Positions 1-9,727 are shown, counted from the whole stretch's first letter. The stretch: 63,485 nucleotides of DNA, filler included, from Parachlamydiales bacterium (GCA_020051075.1; 4 parts of 4 records of this genome joined end to end with filler, not necessarily neighbours in it); one strand, 5' to 3'. Program-made: numbers and translations. Notes: a model not told the origin generated them from the sequence alone.

Positions 1-4
1 GTGA

Positions 5-97
5 ATAAACACATTAATTGGAGTGTTCGCTCTTTTTCAAGAAAGATCTTTATAAGATCGACTCGAAATCCAGCATAGCAACTGATGCGTATGGGAT
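5..97. mobile_element. 93-bp repeat at window start, probable IS end
   Basis: Identical to 16777-16869. The plus frame 1-78 is open up to a TAG (possible transposase tail), followed by CAACTGATGCGTATGGG, whose reverse complement resembles IS4-family terminal repeats. Confidence 0.5.
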
Positions 98-199
98 AGA
101 CAAGATCCGAATCTTTGCCCCTTCGTGTATCAAGTAATTTATTGACAATATTCGCGGGCACTAGCACATTCTGCTTAATAAGGATAACACCCCAGAGGA

Positions 200-958
200 A
201 TGCTTATGCCATTAAAACTTAAATATAAAGTTGCTCTCGTCACTGGCGCTTCCAAAGGAATTGGGGCTTCTATTGCAGAACATCTTGCTGCTGAAGGCGC
301 CGCGGTAGTCGTCAATTATTCCACAAGCAAAGAGGGAGCTGATCGCGTGGTCGCCGGGATTGTCAACAAAGGAGGGAAAGCGATCGCTGTTCAGGCTAAC
401 GTCACCAATCCAGCTGATATTAAGCGTCTTATTGCAGAAACAATAAAAACTTACGGAAAGCTCGACATTTTAGTGAATAATGCTGGTATCTATGAATTTC
501 TTCCTATAGAAGATGTCACTCCAGACCATTTCCATAAGATGTTCGATCTTAATGTCCTGGCTCTCATCCTCGTCACTCAGGAAGCCGTGAAGTATTTCAA
601 TCCTGAGGGCGGGAGCATTATCAATATCAGCTCCGTCGCAAGCGTCCTGACACTACCCTCCGCATCGGTCTACAGCGCAGCCAAAGCTGCAGTCGATGCT
701 GTGACAAAATCTTTAAGTAAAGAGCTTGGACCACGCAACATCCGCGTTAACGCCGTTAACCCTAGTCTGGTTGAAACAGAAGGCTCACGTAGCGGAGGAT
801 TTACTGAAGGCGATTTCCACGATGACCTTCTTGCAAAAACTCCGCTCGGCCGTGTCGGTCAGCCTCATGATATTGCCCTTCCTGTGGTTTTCTTTGCCTC
901 AGACGACGCTTCTTGGATCACAGGAGAAACGTTGGTGATCTCAGGGGGGTTGCGGTAA
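200..958 (+). CDS. SDR-family oxidoreductase (FabG/glucose dehydrogenase-like)
   Basis: TGASKGIG Rossmann motif, NNAG, and YSAAK catalytic motif. Confidence 0.93.
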   Translation: MLMPLKLKYKVALVTGASKGIGASIAEHLAAEGAAVVVNYSTSKEGADRVVAGIVNKGGKAIAVQANVTNPADIKRLIAETIKTYGKLDILVNNAGIYEFLPIEDVTPDHFHKMFDLNVLALILVTQEAVKYFNPEGGSIINISSVASVLTLPSASVYSAAKAAVDAVTKSLSKELGPRNIRVNAVNPSLVETEGSRSGGFTEGDFHDDLLAKTPLGRVGQPHDIALPVVFFASDDASWITGETLVISGGLR

Positions 959-992
959 TCATCTTTAAAGAATATCAAGAAAGGACAAACAG

Positions 993-1973
993 ATGAAAGC
1001 GATACAAATGTCTCAATACGGGGGACCGGAAGTCCTTCATATTCATGAAGTTTCGATAGGAAAACCTAATCGAGGGCAAGCCTTAGTTCGTGTGGAAGCC
1101 GCTGGAATCAACTTTATCGATGTCTACCAAAGACGCGGCACCTATCCCGTAAAGCTTCCTTACACTCCTGGCTTAGAAGGTTCTGGCATCGTTGAAGCCG
1201 TTGGGGAGGGGGTTAAAAACGTCAAACCTGGAGATAGAGTGGCTTATGTCCATGAACCGGGCTCCTATGCGGAGCAAAGTCTTGTCAAAGCAGAGCATTT
1301 GATCCCACTTCCTCCGGAACTTTCTTTCGAACAAGGAGCCGCTTTCCCCTTGCAAGGAATGACAGCGCATTATCTGCTTCATGAATTTCGAAAAGTTAAA
1401 GCCAACGACATCGTTTTAATCCATGCAGCAGCTGGAGGGATGGGGCTCCTGCTCGTTCAGTGGGCAAAGCATTTAGGAGCCAGGGTCTTGGGGACAGCCT
1501 CCACAGAGGAAAAAGCAAAAATCGCCAAAGAAGCCGGTGCCGAAGAGGTCATTCTTTATACAAAACAAGATGTTGTGGCTGAGGTCAATAGGCTCACGAA
1601 TGGACATGGTGCAGATTTAATCGTTGACGGCGTAGGGAAAACAACATTTGCAGGGAATCTGGAAGCTGCAGCACGTCGTGGCAATATCGTGATCTTCGGC
1701 GCAGCAAGCGGCCCTGCAGACCCCATTTCACCCAACGTTTTGATGAACCGTTCATTGACCCTATCTGGAGGGAGTTTATTTAATTACATCTTGACGACAG
1801 ATGAGCTGATGAGACGAGCCAATGCTGTCATAGAAGGCATACAAAAAGGGTGGTTGAAATTACGCATTGATCAGGTGTTTGCATTGGAAAAAGCCGCGGA
1901 AGCACATCAGAAACTTGAAGACAGAAAAACTTCTGGAAAACTTTTACTAACTCCAAAAACTACCCAAGGTTAA
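993..1973 (+). CDS. qor: NADPH:quinone oxidoreductase (zeta-crystallin/MDR family)
   Basis: GINFID, PGLEGSG and HAAAGGMG motifs; RBS AAGGA upstream. Confidence 0.9.
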   Translation: MKAIQMSQYGGPEVLHIHEVSIGKPNRGQALVRVEAAGINFIDVYQRRGTYPVKLPYTPGLEGSGIVEAVGEGVKNVKPGDRVAYVHEPGSYAEQSLVKAEHLIPLPPELSFEQGAAFPLQGMTAHYLLHEFRKVKANDIVLIHAAAGGMGLLLVQWAKHLGARVLGTASTEEKAKIAKEAGAEEVILYTKQDVVAEVNRLTNGHGADLIVDGVGKTTFAGNLEAAARRGNIVIFGAASGPADPISPNVLMNRSLTLSGGSLFNYILTTDELMRRANAVIEGIQKGWLKLRIDQVFALEKAAEAHQKLEDRKTSGKLLLTPKTTQG

Positions 1974-2068
1974 CGATGACCAACAATTCCACTCTACAAC
2001 CTTTTCACGTGAAGGATTGTACAGCTTAGAATCCACAGAGACCCAAATGACGCGCATAAGACTATGAC

Positions 2069-2097
2069 TTGACAAGAAGTAAAATTATTTCTATAAA
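2069..2097 (+). promoter_or_regulatory. sigma70/sigma66-type promoter of the aquaporin gene
   Basis: TTGACA-N17-TATAAA just upstream of the ORF. Confidence 0.6.
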
Positions 2098-2109
2098 TCA
2101 AGAAAATTC

Positions 2110-2757
2110 ATGCGGAGTATCTCTATGAAATATGTCTACGAGTTCATTGGAACATTTTTTTTAGTGTTGACTGTCGGAATGACCGTTCTTAATCCGAACC
2201 ATGCAGAGTGGTGGGCGCCATTAGCGATCGGATCGGCTCTTGCAGTCATGGTCTTTGCCGGAGGGCACATCTCCGGAGGGCATTACAACCCTGCTGTTTC
2301 ATTAGCAGCCTATTTAAGAAAGAAATTAGCGCTCAATGATTTATGGCTATATTGGGTTGCACAGCTTGCCGCTGGAGCCGCAGCTGCCTTCATCACCCTT
2401 TATCTCAAAGGAGAAGGATCTCAGACTCCTCTTGAACCCGACCACCTAAAAGCTCTTCTTGCCGAATTCCTGTTTACCTTTGCCTTATGCTATGTTGTAC
2501 TGAACGTTGCTACTGTCAAAGCGACAGCGGGAAATTCCTATTTCGGATGGGCAATTGGTTTTACAGTCCTTGTAGGGGCTTATGCCGTTGGAGCAATCTC
2601 AAGCGGTGCGTTTAACCCCGCAGTCGCTTTAGGCATTACGATTCTTAACTTGGGCCATTGGTCCAATATCTGGATCTATATAGTGGCAAACTTACTAGGC
2701 GGGGCTGCCGCTGCATTTGTTGTGAATGCAGCCCATCCTGAAGAGGAAAGAACGTAA
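2110..2757 (+). CDS. MIP-family channel (aquaporin)
   Basis: Two NPA motifs (HYNPAV, FNPAV), EFIGTF and multiple TM segments. The start may be ATG 2125 (GGAG upstream). Confidence 0.93.
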   Translation: MRSISMKYVYEFIGTFFLVLTVGMTVLNPNHAEWWAPLAIGSALAVMVFAGGHISGGHYNPAVSLAAYLRKKLALNDLWLYWVAQLAAGAAAAFITLYLKGEGSQTPLEPDHLKALLAEFLFTFALCYVVLNVATVKATAGNSYFGWAIGFTVLVGAYAVGAISSGAFNPAVALGITILNLGHWSNIWIYIVANLLGGAAAAFVVNAAHPEEERT

Positions 2758-2807
2758 TTATTCACGTCTCAGAGAGCTCTATTTTAACGCTGAGACGAAA
2801 GAGAAAA

Positions 2808-2870
2808 TCTTATCCTCATCATCATCCTTCTCATCTTTCCCATCCTGCCAATATTACAGGATGGGATGGA
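2808..2870. repeat. family A palindromic repeat (CCCATCCTG...CAGGATGGG)
   Basis: CTTATCCTCATCATC...CCCATCCTG-loop-CAGGATGGGA, closely matching 11592-11670. Confidence 0.75.
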
Positions 2871-2884
2871 TATAGACAGCACAA

Positions 2885-3208
2885 TCTGATGATCATGGAA
2901 AAACATGGTCTGAATTGAAAAAAACATCTCTCCCTAATCCCGATGCTGGAATTGAAGTATTATCAATCGGTGACGGAAAAGTTCTTGCCATCTATAACGA
3001 TTCGCATCTCTGCCGATATCCTCTGACCGTTGCACTATCTGAGGATCACGGAAATACGTGGACTCCTCTTTTTAACCTCGAAGAGGATTCTGGAGAATTT
3101 CCTTCTGCAGCCTTAGATTCACAAGGTTATGTTCATGTCATCTACGCCTGGACACCTCCTGGAAAGACGCAGAGAAGAATCAAGCATGTTGTACTGAACC
3201 TACATTAA
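2885..3208 (+). pseudogene. C-terminal remnant of a BNR/Asp-box (exo-alpha-sialidase-like) gene
   Basis: Two Asp-boxes in frame (SDDHGKTW at 2885, SEDHGNTW), then LPNPDAG and GEFPSA. The upstream part is broken and abuts a repeat. Confidence 0.75.
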
Positions 3209-4389
3209 TCATCGAATGATGTTCTTAACCAGATTGCAAAAAGGGGATCATCAAAAATAACAGTTCCTCTCCCCGCTCCTTCTTCATCCAGAATTTCTTT
3301 GTCTTTTAGCGACTTGATCGCGGAAGACAATGCAGGACCACCAGAAATCTCATATTTTCTCAAAATCTCTTTAGAAAAAATTTGTTTACCTTCCTTAGCA
3401 GCTAGTCTTAAAGTTCGTTGTTGAGTCGGTGTTAATGTGCTCAACAAAGTTTGATAAGCATACGCATTTTGTTGGACCACTATTTTCAAAGCATTATTAA
3501 CTTCTTCGATGGTAATGACCTCTTTGCCAAGAGCGACCAGATGGAAACACACCATTTGTACATAGTTGGGAGTATCTTGAACAATCTTCCTCAGATGCTT
3601 TATTGCAATAGGATCGCATTTAATCCCAACATCCTCAAACCTTTTTAAGACCCAATAAGTGAACTCATCACCAAATGAAGGAAACTCAATGGGTTGGCAA
3701 AACTTATACAATGGACGTGAATGATTATTCAACATGTCATAAATCACACTTCTTCTCGAACCTGTGAAAATAAACGAAACATTCCGCAATTGTTGCATAT
3801 AAGTACGTAAAGTGGCCTCTAACCATCCTCCATCGTCTATTTCTGTTATTTTCTGAAATTCGTCAATAGCTAGGATTAATCCTGTTCCTAATTTACCTAA
3901 ACCAGAAAGCAGATCTTGAATCAGTTCTTTAACATCACTTTCTGATGACACCGCTGTATCCAAGGTAAAATCAAAGGAATGTTGACCTGTATTTGCATCG
4001 AGTTGAGTTGACACTTTAGGACGTATCTTATTGATCGTTGCAAACATAGATTTTAGAGCATCCTTCCAACTCGCTCTAGCCTTCAATGCCCTTAGCATTT
4101 GATGTAGAAAATCCCTATGAGATGTAATGTTAAAAATATCAACAAAGATGTATGAATGCGATCGCTCTGAAAGTTTTTTTAGAAGGTTCAACAAGAACGA
4201 TGTTTTTCCGAAACGTCTAGGACCTATTAATACCACATGAATGCGGTTAACCAGAAATTGAGAAACTAGATTCTCTAGATCTGGGCGAGGAAGATAATAG
4301 TCACCCTCAACGGGATCGCCAAATTTGAATGGGTTGATTGGTAGCTTGCTCATACTACAATTTGTAACAAATCTGTTAATTATTGGCAA
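3205..4389 (-). CDS. AAA-family (archaeal ATPase-like) ATP-binding protein with probable C-terminal wHTH
   Basis: NPFKFG, Walker A GPRRFGKT, Walker B IDEFQ, FTGS, C-terminal FDDPLF. Probable start is ATG 4353. Confidence 0.85.
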   Translation of the reverse strand: MPIINRFVTNCSMSKLPINPFKFGDPVEGDYYLPRPDLENLVSQFLVNRIHVVLIGPRRFGKTSFLLNLLKKLSERSHSYIFVDIFNITSHRDFLHQMLRALKARASWKDALKSMFATINKIRPKVSTQLDANTGQHSFDFTLDTAVSSESDVKELIQDLLSGLGKLGTGLILAIDEFQKITEIDDGGWLEATLRTYMQQLRNVSFIFTGSRRSVIYDMLNNHSRPLYKFCQPIEFPSFGDEFTYWVLKRFEDVGIKCDPIAIKHLRKIVQDTPNYVQMVCFHLVALGKEVITIEEVNNALKIVVQQNAYAYQTLLSTLTPTQQRTLRLAAKEGKQIFSKEILRKYEISGGPALSSAIKSLKDKEILDEEGAGRGTVIFDDPLFAIWLRTSFDD

Positions 4390-4516
4390 GCACTATGGGC
4401 TAGATCGCAAGGCTAAATTACCTTAAAATCTTTATCTTATTGTCGATACCCGTCCATATTCAACTCATTTTTTTATTGTATCAAAGTGATTAATCAGAAA
4501 TAATGGAGCCTCTTTA

Positions 4517-5659
4517 TTGCATTCAGGGGTCATTTTGAACAAAACTAAGAAGAAACCACTAAGGATCTTACTCACAAATCACCACTTAATCTCTTATCAG
4601 GGTTCAGAAAATTTCACGTTTACGATCGCTGACTTTCTCACTCGGAATGGCCACCAAGTCACCGTTTATTCTGCCTATGTTGACCAGTTAAGAAACGATT
4701 TCGAAAACCTTGGGATCACCATCGTCTCAGACTTGAAGCTCTTAAAAGAGCAAAGTTTTGATCTGGCTCATGTCCATCACCACATAAACGCCTACGAAAT
4801 CAGATACTACTTTCCACATCTTCCAATTGTCCTGCTCTGTCATGGAGTCCCCTTTCTTGAACATCCACCGGCACTGGATTTGAAGATCTCTCAATACCTA
4901 GCCACAAGCGAAAGAGTCAGAGAATGCATGGCGACAAAAGGGGTCGCTAAAGACAAGATCATTATTTTTAGGAACATGGTCGATAGCGAAAAATTTTATC
5001 CTCGCTCCGAAATCAGTCCAAAGCCTCGCCGAGCTCTCATTATCAGCAACAAAATAGACAGTGATAGCGAAAATGTCATCCGGCAAGCCTGCGAGGCCCT
5101 TAAGATCAGCTGCGTTTTCATCGGACAACGTTTCCGTCCGGTCGATTATCATCAAATGCCATTGTTACTCAATGAAGCTGATATCGTGTTCTCATTAGGG
5201 AGAGGCGTCATTGAAGCCATGCTTTGCGGACGCATCCCGGTTGTTTTTGACTATGAAGGAGGTGATGGAATGGTCACACCTTCAACAATTATGCAAAATG
5301 TGACCTGCAATTTTTCTGGAAATTTGCACAATGCACACTATACTGTGGACGAACTCATTTCCATTCTTAGTTTATATCAGGCTGATGATGCCTTGCAATT
5401 GCGTCAGATTGCTCTTGAGAACTTTGCTGCGAGCAATAGAATCGGAACACTATTAGACATTTACTACAAACATATCGACACAAAGGTCGACGAACTCAGT
5501 GAAACCGACAAATCAATGTTAGCTTCATTTGTATTATCAATCGGTGAAACACGCAATTACGCCGCTCATTGTCAACGCCTAGAGTTTAAGCGCAATCCCA
5601 AACTTCCTCTCCTTCGAAGAGTAAAACGCTTCTTGGAAAGCTTCTATCTGAGTGCCTAG
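4517..5659 (+). CDS. GT-B (family 4-like) glycosyltransferase
   Basis: LRILLTNH..GSE N-terminus, and ADIVFSLGRGVIEAMLCG. Confidence 0.8.
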   Translation: MHSGVILNKTKKKPLRILLTNHHLISYQGSENFTFTIADFLTRNGHQVTVYSAYVDQLRNDFENLGITIVSDLKLLKEQSFDLAHVHHHINAYEIRYYFPHLPIVLLCHGVPFLEHPPALDLKISQYLATSERVRECMATKGVAKDKIIIFRNMVDSEKFYPRSEISPKPRRALIISNKIDSDSENVIRQACEALKISCVFIGQRFRPVDYHQMPLLLNEADIVFSLGRGVIEAMLCGRIPVVFDYEGGDGMVTPSTIMQNVTCNFSGNLHNAHYTVDELISILSLYQADDALQLRQIALENFAASNRIGTLLDIYYKHIDTKVDELSETDKSMLASFVLSIGETRNYAAHCQRLEFKRNPKLPLLRRVKRFLESFYLSA

Positions 5660-5733
5660 CCTACCCACGACTCACTATTTTTTAACGCAAAGCCTCTGAG
5701 ATCAACTTCTGTGTGTGCAGTCTTATTCTTAAC

Positions 5734-5818
5734 TTTATTAAACGCAAAGACACAGAGACGCAAAGAAGCGAATGAGGAATTCGCCCCTTTGCGTCTCTGT
5801 GTCTTTGCGTTTAATAAA
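5734..5818. repeat. family B palindromic repeat (AACGCAAAGACACAGAGACGCAAAG...reverse complement)
   Basis: About 32-bp perfect inverted arms. Related copies at 25504-25600 and 36877-36925. Confidence 0.85.
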
Positions 5819-5971
5819 AGCTATAGAAAATGCTGCATATACATACGATAATTTCAGCGGTTTTGCGATTAATAAAGCTAATGCGAGAGGTATACCGACA
5901 TCGAGTTGAAATTGTTAATATGGAAATTAATCGGATGCCAGTGTAGAAATAAGACAAATGAGAGGCTTTCC

Positions 5972-8446
5972 ATGAACCGCGACTTTGAGAAACCTGGCGC
6001 ATTCTATCTAGGTAAATTGGTTGATCCTTCAACAGGAAAATTGGAAGACGATTTACTCTTATACCAGTCCAAGAATCTGACAACGCATGCCGTCTGTGTT
6101 GGAATGACGGGCAGCGGAAAAACCGGATTGGGTATCGTTCTCCTCGAAGAAGCTGCTCTCAATAAAATTCCCGCGATTATCATCGATCCGAAAGGGGATC
6201 TCACCAACCTCTTTCTGACTTTTCCTAATCTGTCACCAGAAGAATTCAAACCTTGGGTTGATTTAGCTGAAGCTGAAAGGAAGGGAATGGATGTCGACCA
6301 ATATTCGGACTATATCGCCAAAACATGGAGAGATGGATTAGCCTCTTGGGGAGAAAATGCTGAAAGAATTAGAAATTTCAGAAATTCTGTCGACCTCGCC
6401 ATCTACACTCCAGCTAGCAACGCAGGAATCCCCATTTCCATTCTGAGTTCTTTCGCAGCTCCACCCAAAGAACAACTATTGGATTCAACAGCAGTCAGAG
6501 AGAGAATTCAATCTATCACATCAAGCCTCCTTGGTTTGTTAGGCATCGACGCTGATCCCATTAAGAGCCGCGAACACATCCTCATCTCTACCATTATCCT
6601 CCAAGGGTGGCAGAATGGCGTGGACCTTGATATCGCCGCTCTAATCCAACAAGTACAGAAACCCCCTTTTACTAAAATCGGTGCGTTAGACATCGACACC
6701 TTTTACCCCCAAAAAGACCGGATGGGATTGTCGATCGCATTAAATAACCTTCTAGCCTCACCTGGTTTTCAAGCTTGGATGGAAGGAGACCCCCTCGATA
6801 TTCAAGACTTCCTCTTCACAAGGGAGGGGGCTACTTTCACAATTTCGTCAGAAAAATCGGGCGAGCGATCTTCAACAGCTGCGGCTTCTCGCTCGCCCGA
6901 TTTTTCTGACGAAATTGTGAAAATAGCCCCCAAGGGAAAACCTAAGCTTTCCATCATTTCCATCGCACATCTATCGGATTCAGAGCGGATGTTTTTCGTC
7001 ACTCTTCTCCTTAATCAGATGCTAACTTGGATGCGTCGTCAATCTGGAACATCCAATTTGCGCGCATTACTGTACATGGATGAAATCTTCGGATTTTTTC
7101 CTCCAACAGCAGCGCCTCCCTCGAAATTGCCTATGTTGACATTGCTTAAACAGGCACGGGCGTTTGGCCTTGGAGTCGTCCTCGCCACACAAAACCCTGT
7201 CGATCTTGATTATAAAGGCCTAGCCAACTGCGGCACATGGTTTATTGGAAAACTTCAGACAGAAAGAGACAAAGCACGCGTCCTCGAAGGGCTTAAAACC
7301 TCTTCGATTGGCGATGTTGATGCCAGTGAACTCAACAAAATGCTCGCGTCAACTGGCAACCGGACCTTCATCATGCGTAGCATTTATGAGAAAAACCCAA
7401 TCCTTTTCCAAACACGTTGGAGCCTCTCCTACCTGCGAGGACCTTTGACGCTCACCCAGATTGCAACCTTGACAGGTAATTCAAAAGAAAAGAAAAAGGA
7501 AAAAGAGACAACGCCAGCCACACAGGAAAGGAAAGCTGTATCGAATTCTAAACCCAATGCACCTCCAGGGGTGAGTGAATTTTTTGTCCATCAAAACAAC
7601 TCTCAACTTCCTGTACATTATGAACCTAAAGTCGTTGGGATAGCAAAACTGCATTTTGTCGATGCAAAAATGAAAGTCGATACCTGGGAAGACATTGGCT
7701 ATGCGCTGCCCGCCGATAATGATGGTCAATCTGTTGACTGGACACAAGGCATAAATATTCCTGACCTGAAAAATCAAATGAAAAAAGACCCCATCCCGGG
7801 CAGCACTTTTGGAGAACTTCCCGCAGGGTTGATGCAAGAAAAAACCTATCTCATCTTCGCTAAAGAGCTCGCTGCAGTCCTCTATCAAAGTCAAACATAC
7901 ACGATCTACCAAACAACTGATCCAAACATGATCTCTGAAGCGGGAGAGTCTGAAAGAGATTTCCGTCTCCGAGTGGTGAATGAAATGCATGAAAAGCGGG
8001 AGGAGTTAGTAAAAAAGGTGCGGGAAAAATACTCTGAGAAAAGAACTGTTCTGTCAAATAAGATACAGCGTGCTCAAGAAAAAATGACACAAAAAAAGCA
8101 GAAAGCATGGTTGCAAAAGCTGCAGACGCTGATATCATTTGTATCGACATTGGTTGGGGCTCTCTTTGGCCGTCACGTGACCAAGGGGACCATATCCCAA
8201 ACAGGGACATCATTGCGGCGAGCCACTCAGATCGGCAAAGACTCCCAGGATGCAACCCAAGCTGAACAAGAAGTTGAAAATTATCAACAGCAATTACAAG
8301 ATCTTGACAATCAGATGAACGGGGAGATTTCTTCCCTTAATGCTGATGCCAATCCAGACAGCATCAAAGTGGTCACGACTTCTGTTCGGCCGCGCAAAAG
8401 TGATGTCTCTGTTGAGAAAATATCTTTAGCGTGGTGGTGGCGCTAG
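5972..8446 (+). CDS. HerA/DUF87-like P-loop ATPase with C-terminal coiled coil
   Basis: THAVCVGMTGSGKT, IIDPKGD, YMDEIFG, KQARAFGLGVVLATQNP. ATG 5972 is preferred (GAGG upstream). Confidence 0.88.
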   Translation: MNRDFEKPGAFYLGKLVDPSTGKLEDDLLLYQSKNLTTHAVCVGMTGSGKTGLGIVLLEEAALNKIPAIIIDPKGDLTNLFLTFPNLSPEEFKPWVDLAEAERKGMDVDQYSDYIAKTWRDGLASWGENAERIRNFRNSVDLAIYTPASNAGIPISILSSFAAPPKEQLLDSTAVRERIQSITSSLLGLLGIDADPIKSREHILISTIILQGWQNGVDLDIAALIQQVQKPPFTKIGALDIDTFYPQKDRMGLSIALNNLLASPGFQAWMEGDPLDIQDFLFTREGATFTISSEKSGERSSTAAASRSPDFSDEIVKIAPKGKPKLSIISIAHLSDSERMFFVTLLLNQMLTWMRRQSGTSNLRALLYMDEIFGFFPPTAAPPSKLPMLTLLKQARAFGLGVVLATQNPVDLDYKGLANCGTWFIGKLQTERDKARVLEGLKTSSIGDVDASELNKMLASTGNRTFIMRSIYEKNPILFQTRWSLSYLRGPLTLTQIATLTGNSKEKKKEKETTPATQERKAVSNSKPNAPPGVSEFFVHQNNSQLPVHYEPKVVGIAKLHFVDAKMKVDTWEDIGYALPADNDGQSVDWTQGINIPDLKNQMKKDPIPGSTFGELPAGLMQEKTYLIFAKELAAVLYQSQTYTIYQTTDPNMISEAGESERDFRLRVVNEMHEKREELVKKVREKYSEKRTVLSNKIQRAQEKMTQKKQKAWLQKLQTLISFVSTLVGALFGRHVTKGTISQTGTSLRRATQIGKDSQDATQAEQEVENYQQQLQDLDNQMNGEISSLNADANPDSIKVVTTSVRPRKSDVSVEKISLAWWWR
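6826..6931. mobile_element. 106-bp palindromic element inserted in frame in the ATPase gene (RPE/MITE-like)
   Basis: 43-bp arms with one mismatch around a 20-nt loop; GGGGG...CCCCC ends; the reading frame stays open on both strands. Confidence 0.8.
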
Positions 8447-9393
8447 CCTTTATAATCGGGAAGCATCTTGATTAATCTCTGTTTAATGTCCCATCTTTCA
8501 TACACGTCTCGAACTCTCTCGGAGATTTTCACATATATGTCAAAACAAGCCGATCGAACCTGACAGCCTAACGGTTCGTCCTGGATGACTTGTAAAGGCA
8601 ATACAAGATGATTCTCTTGTCTTTTTTTACGAATTTCATCCCATGCAGTGCTGTCGATCGATTCCGTTAATTCACAATAGACATTGCTTATTTTTCTCTT
8701 AACTCTTCCCACCCTGAACTTTCTACCGATGCGCCACCAAAGATCCCAGTAACACTCTTGAGAGAGGGCCGCGTCTTCGTCATATCCACCCACAAGATCT
8801 ATCGCTCCTCGCCTCACAATGACCGAACTAGGACTAATGAAATGAGTTGAATGGATTGCATTCCAGCTCCATTTCCCTCCAATACTTTTACTATCCTTTG
8901 TGTCACTTCCACAATAATGTGTGGCTAATCCGTAGACCATTCCATAATTTTTATAATGCCTTTCAATGCCTTGATAGAGCTCTTCTAATGCATTAAGTTC
9001 CCATTGATGATCATCGAACATGAATGCCACATATTTCCCGCGGCTCACTGAAATGCCGAAGTTATTCCTTTTAGCTGGAATCCTTGCAGCATCTTTAAAA
9101 TGATAGAATTGAACGCGTGGATCCCTCGCAACAATCTCCTTAAAGTACTCCTTAAAGTCATCATTGGAACAATCATCAATCAAAATTAACTCAAAGTTAG
9201 TGAATGACTGTTTTAAAATGGAATCTATCGCTCGTTTCAACCTCGATTCACGCTCTTCTTCTCCTTTGGAATGATGATGAAGCGAGAAAATGACAGAAAT
9301 TTCAGGAGCCTTGGTCGCCATTGCAGTGCGATATAAGTCAAAGTCTTTTCCAGCATGGCATGTATAGGCCCATTGGAGTTCGTTTGAAGCCAT
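8443..9393 (-). CDS. family 2 glycosyltransferase
   Basis: FELILIDDCSND, RNNFGI..SRGKYVAFMFDD, VGGYDE. Confidence 0.88.
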   Translation of the reverse strand: MASNELQWAYTCHAGKDFDLYRTAMATKAPEISVIFSLHHHSKGEEERESRLKRAIDSILKQSFTNFELILIDDCSNDDFKEYFKEIVARDPRVQFYHFKDAARIPAKRNNFGISVSRGKYVAFMFDDHQWELNALEELYQGIERHYKNYGMVYGLATHYCGSDTKDSKSIGGKWSWNAIHSTHFISPSSVIVRRGAIDLVGGYDEDAALSQECYWDLWWRIGRKFRVGRVKRKISNVYCELTESIDSTAWDEIRKKRQENHLVLPLQVIQDEPLGCQVRSACFDIYVKISERVRDVYERWDIKQRLIKMLPDYKG

Positions 9394-9542
9394 TTAAAAC
9401 CTTTAAACTTGAATATTGAAACGACTGTTGTACAAAAATCTTATATATCTTGGCAATTAAAATAAATAACAACATAAATTTTTATTTATACTTTTTACTT
9501 TAATAGGAAATTTTTATAGTGACTAGAAAAATCTACTCGAAT

Positions 9543-9727
9543 AAAATCAAACACATTCTGAATTACATTGGTGGCTTTATGTTGAAATCTCTCAGCAAGT
9601 TATCGTCCCTCTTGCTCATCTTGTTTTTGATGAAGAAGGAAACATGACAAATCCAAAATTGTATACCGAACTGCAAAATCTCATTCAGAGCGCCATCACC
9701 GCTACACAAACCATTCAAACGTTCTAG
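9543..9727 (+). pseudogene. possible C-terminal remnant of an NADPH-dependent FMN reductase-like gene
   Basis: KIKHILNYIGG, a frameshift, then VEISQQVIVPLAHLVFDEEGNMTNPKLYTELQNL. This resembles the C-terminus of flavodoxin-like FMN reductases. Confidence 0.4.

Noticed and set aside
6802..7002. Minus-strand 66-aa ORF resembling part of the HerA-like protein
   Set aside because: This is a by-product of the palindromic insert reading alike on both strands, not a separate gene.
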